From Lama glama (Eukaryota), in NCBI GenBank assembly GCA_028534125.1, contig CM052832.1, positions 8,434,001 through 8,498,000 on the forward strand: a DNA stretch of 64,000 nt. Direction: 5' to 3'. Below, piece by piece: positions 60,701-64,000 of this stretch. The notes below the pieces were generated by a model that was not told where the DNA came from, ran no database searches, and saw only the letters and a program-made list of their open reading frames with translations. The position numbers were made by a program, and so were the translations under genes. The stretch's first letter is position 1, and each line of letters begins with the position of its first letter.

Positions 60701-63653
60701 ACAAGTACCTGCACACCACCATCTTCGGCCTCACCTCATACTGCCCTGACTGTGCCCTGCTCCTCGTCAGCGCGAACACTGGCATTGGTACGAGGCATGG
60801 GGGTGGAGACGGGGCCGGAGGCAGGTGCTGACTCCCTGCCCCAGGCCTCCTCACATCTGGGAGGAGTGAACCCTGCTCTTGCTCGCTCTCCTCTCTCCTG
60901 CGTTCTTACTTTTCTTGCTGCCTGCCTTCCTTCTCTGAGCAGCTGGCACCACAAGGGAACATCTGGGGCTGGCACTAGCCCTGAAGGTGCCCTTCTTCAT
61001 CGTGGTCAGCAAGGTAGACCTGTGTGCCAAGACCACAGTGGAGAGGACAGTACGCCAGCTAGAGCGGGTCCTCAAGCAGCCTGGCTGCCACAAGGTCCCC
61101 ATGCTGGTCACCTCCGAGGACGATGCTGTCACTGCTGCCCAGCAGTTTGCCCAGTCCCCCAAGTAAGCCTTTCTCACTCCAGAGCCCTGATCCACAGGGC
61201 CCCAGGGCCCGGGTTCCCCTCAGGAATAGACCAGTTCTGGCTCAGTTCTGTCATTCTTCAGGTTGGGATCGTGGGAGGCAGTCTTTGCCAAAGGCCGGAC
61301 CCTTTCCCCAAGCCAGCCTGGAGCTTTGCTAATGCCTGGGGCCCTGGAGGCAAAGTGCTGTGCCAGGCCTTCACCGTCTCCCTGGCTCTGGGATGAGCTT
61401 CACATGCCACACTCGTGGCTGGCTCACAGAGAGAGTCCAGAGCTCCTAAGAACATTAGCAGATTGGAGAGAGGAGCCCCTTGACACCCAAGATATGCTCA
61501 CCTTTCCGTGTACAGGGCTCCAGCCTCTGCTTCCTGTTGGAACTTTCCTTATCTGCCCATTCCATACCTCCCTCTACAGTGTCACCCCCATCTTCACACT
61601 ATCTAGTGTGTCTGGAGAGAGTCTGGACCTGCTTAAAGTCTTTCTGAATATCCTGCCACCACTCACCAACAGCAAAGAGCAGGAAGAACTCATGCAGCAG
61701 CTGACAGAGTTCCAGGTAACTGTCTGAATGGACAGTGAGCTGGGGGACTGGGAGGGACTAATTCCAAGTCCTGAGTCTGTTTCAAGATTTTGGACTTGGC
61801 AGCCCGTTGATAGAATCTTCTTTGGCTTCAGGTGGATGAAATCTATACAGTACCAGAGGTGGGGACAGTTGTTGGAGGGACACTTTCCAGGTGAATTGCC
61901 TTTCTTGTTATCCACCCTACTCAGCCCTCACCTGCCCATACTCTTGATGTCTTCAGAGACCCTGGAGTTGAACAGAGCCCATCTAAAGGATGTGCTTGGT
62001 TGTAGGTTAGGCTTTCACCATCAGAAGAGCTGGAGAAAGCTCATCTGTTGGCTTGTCAGGGGAGAAACAGTATCCCTGCTTACTGGGAATCTCCTTGGGC
62101 CCCAGGAGAAAAACTAGCATATTCTACTGACTTCATCTCCAGCTAGGGAAGTGAGAGGTCCCTTAAGACTTTACAAAGCTGAGGATGAAACCCAAGGGAT
62201 GATTGCTTTTTCAGGGATCAAGGTTCAGCATCAAACCAGCAGGTACCTATCTTCCAGCCGTTACTAATGGCCTTTCTTGATATTAGCCTTCAGTCTGAAC
62301 TCTGAACTGGGGCAAGGCGATCATCTCCCCTGCCTCCAAGTCAGAATTTAGGGTCTCTTTCCCCCATTGGAGGGACTTAATCTTAGAAGGGAAGGTCCTG
62401 GTAGGGAAGTAGGTAGAGGGGCATAGGCTGATGCTGTGCCACCTGCCCTCTGGGCTGCAGTGGGATTTGCCGTGAGGGGGACCAGCTGGTGGTGGGCCCC
62501 ACGGATGATGGCTGCTTCCTGGAGCTGAGAGTATGCAGCATCCAGCGCAACCGCTCTGCCTGTCGTGTGCTGCGAGCTGGTCAAGCTGCTACGTTGGCCC
62601 TCGGAGACTTTGACCGTGCACTCCTTCGCAAGGTGAGGTGGGAGGGTCGGTGGGAGAGGGAATACAACGAGAACGCCTGGGAGACTGGCTGTTTGAATGA
62701 GAAGCACCTGTCTAAGGCACTTCAGAGGCACTCAAAGGAAACATGGTTTCTAACCCAAGGAGCTGGTTACACAGACTGTCCATGTATAAAAAGGCTTAGA
62801 ATACTCATAAAGCACAGATCACTGAATAGGAATCACTGTGGTGCAAACTGAATATCCAGGACCCTAAAAATGCTAAGCGTTAAAAGGGTTAGAGGACATG
62901 AAAGCTGAGTAAGGAAGGGTTCCCTCCAAGAGGAGGATTTTTAAATATTGTCTCCTGAGGTTTTTGTGTCTGAAGTTCTAGAGGAGGAGAAGTTCAGGAG
63001 CTGTAAAGGGTGTGAGGGTGGCGGGGGAGGAGAGACTAAAGGGCTCTGCCCTTCCTGGGTCTGGGGTCTGTGCCTCCCCAGGGCATGGTGATGGTGAGCC
63101 CAGAGATGAACCCCACCATCTGCTCAGTGTTCGAGGCCGAGATAGTCCTGCTATTCCATGCCACCACCTTCCGGCGAGGTTTCCAGGTGACGGTACATGT
63201 GGGCAACGTACGTCAGACGGCAGTGGTGGAGAAGATCCACGCCAAGGTGAGAGGGACCCAGCCGTGCCCCCATTTCCCTGGGAAAGTCAGAATTCTCCTG
63301 CTTCCAGAAAGGAGGGAGGCCTGTCCCCAGACTCAGAGAGAGCGCCCTGATCCCACACAGAGGACAAAGCCCCACCTTGGGTGGGTTGAAGCCTGATAGG
63401 CCCCTGAGGGTGGATAGCTGAGGCCAGTAGAGACAGGAGGTGCTGTCCAGGCTCAGTGACCGCATGTCTGCTGCAGGACAAGCTGCGGACAGGGGAGAAG
63501 GCAGTGGTACGTTTCCGCTTCCTGAAACACCCAGAGTACCTGAAGGTGGGCGCCAAGCTGCTGTTCCGGGAGGGTGTCACCAAGGGCATCGGCCATGTCA
63601 CTGATGTGCAAGCCATTGCAGCAGGAGAGGCCCAGGCCAACATGGGCTTCTGA
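57110..63653 (+). CDS. GTPBP2: GTP-binding protein 2 (translational GTPase, ribosome rescue), 602 aa; join(57110..57295,58953..58979,59262..59446,59822..59930,60116..60313,60613..60787,60943..61162,61580..61715,61832..61890,62461..62632,63082..63246,63477..63653)
   Basis: Exons sum to 1809 nt (602 aa + TGA). Motifs G1 [10 protein letters not shown]3 DLAG and G4 SKVD are present. The protein [13 protein letters not shown]...GEAQANMGF matches recalled GTPBP2. Confidence 0.97.
57731..57766. repeat. (AC)n microsatellite in GTPBP2 intron 1
   Basis: About 18 AC units. Confidence 0.92.
57877..58030. mobile_element. MER5A MITE
   Basis: cagtggttatcaaactttagcatgtatcagaatcacctgg...caagttcccaggtgatg..gggaccacactttgagaacca. 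Confidence 0.85.
58953..58979 (+). CDS. GTPBP2: GTPBP2 exon 2 (27-nt microexon)
   Basis: ttttctttatag|AEDGNIEYK|gtaagt. Confidence 0.93.
59262..59446 (+). CDS. GTPBP2: GTPBP2 exon 3
   Basis: ctaag|[22 protein letters not shown]...LHRMAE(K)|gtacgc. Confidence 0.94.
59822..59930 (+). CDS. GTPBP2: GTPBP2 exon 4
   Basis: gacag|[36 protein letters not shown]|gtaagc. Confidence 0.94.
60116..60313 (+). CDS. GTPBP2: GTPBP2 exon 5 (P-loop)
   Basis: cgcag|[23 protein letters not shown]...GFNSKGE|gtgcat. Confidence 0.95.
60613..60787 (+). CDS. GTPBP2: GTPBP2 exon 6
   Basis: gccag|[15 protein letters not shown]...[11 protein letters not shown]...SANTGI|gtacga. Confidence 0.95.
60943..61162 (+). CDS. 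GTPBP2: GTPBP2 exon 7
   Basis: agcag|(A)[27 protein letters not shown]...AQSP(N)|gtaagc. Confidence 0.95.
61580..61715 (+). CDS. GTPBP2: GTPBP2 exon 8
   Basis: tacag|[23 protein letters not shown]...QLTEFQ|gtaact. Confidence 0.95.
61832..61890 (+). CDS. GTPBP2: GTPBP2 exon 9
   Basis: ttcag|[19 protein letters not shown](S)|gtgaat. Confidence 0.94.
62461..62632 (+). CDS. GTPBP2: GTPBP2 exon 10
   Basis: tgcag|[17 protein letters not shown]...DRALLRK|gtgagg. Confidence 0.95.
63082..63246 (+). CDS. GTPBP2: GTPBP2 exon 11
   Basis: cccag|[20 protein letters not shown]...VEKIHAK|gtgaga. Confidence 0.95.
63477..63653 (+). CDS. GTPBP2: GTPBP2 exon 12 (terminal coding; 3' UTR runs off the window)
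   Basis: tgcag|[22 protein letters not shown]...GEAQANMGF*. Confidence 0.95.
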   Translation, partial: DKLRTGEKAVVRFRFLKHPEYLKVGAKLLFREGVTKGIGHVTDVQAIAAGEAQANMGF

Positions 63654-64000
63654 ACTCCTCCAGGCAGGCACAGCTCTATTGCTGTCCCTACAATACATAA
63701 GGTGACTTCTGGCCATGCTGCCCCGCCATTGGCGGCTCTGTGTGTTCATAGGCTAGGGAGAGAGAGGTGCCTCTGCTGCTTGCTCCCTGCCACCTTTGCT
63801 GGAGAGATGCCAAGCCTGGTGTGGCCAGGAGGGGCAGTCTTAGGGAGAAGACAGGAGAATTCAGGGCAATGCTTGGCAGCTGTGTGTCCACCTGGTTGGC
63901 TCATCAAGCCCGGCAACCCCACGGCCTGTCTATGGAGGGAGCTGATGCCACCTCAGCCCCACTGTCAGGACTGGGCATGATTCACCGGTGTGGTCCCTGC

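Noticed and set aside
1..64000. CRISPR arrays, operons, rRNA/tRNA genes or prokaryotic defence systems
   Set aside because: The sequence is intron-containing mammalian DNA; no repeat-spacer array or structured RNA gene was recognisable.

Overview
Mammalian genomic DNA, most likely a camelid: it has a Vic-1-type tRNA-derived SINE and I saw no Alu or Bov-tA. It carries the conserved block syntenic to human 6p21.1: MRPS18A (+, 6 coding exons, 196 aa), RSPH9 (-, 5 exons, 276 aa), MAD2L1BP/p31comet (-, 3 exons, 274 aa) and GTPBP2 (+, 12 exons, 602 aa). All four CDSs were rebuilt by hand. All use GT-AG introns with intact frames. The first ~18 kb is intergenic, filled with old repeats (MIR, L2, L1, MER5, Tigger, LTR), and has a 500-N gap flanked by an identical 199-bp overlap. 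Nearly all entries in the ORF track are noise. I see no evidence for a wholly new gene system. The most interesting unexplained structure is the interleaved promoter zone between MAD2L1BP and GTPBP2. It holds a candidate alternative coding first exon of GTPBP2 (MDSTRSAPLKEPPE, phase 0, in frame with exon 2), an opposite-strand upstream exon of MAD2L1BP that has no ATG, a ZNF143-like motif cluster and an intact solo LTR. Gene, repeat-family and human-isoform identifications come from recalled sequences; no database search was run.
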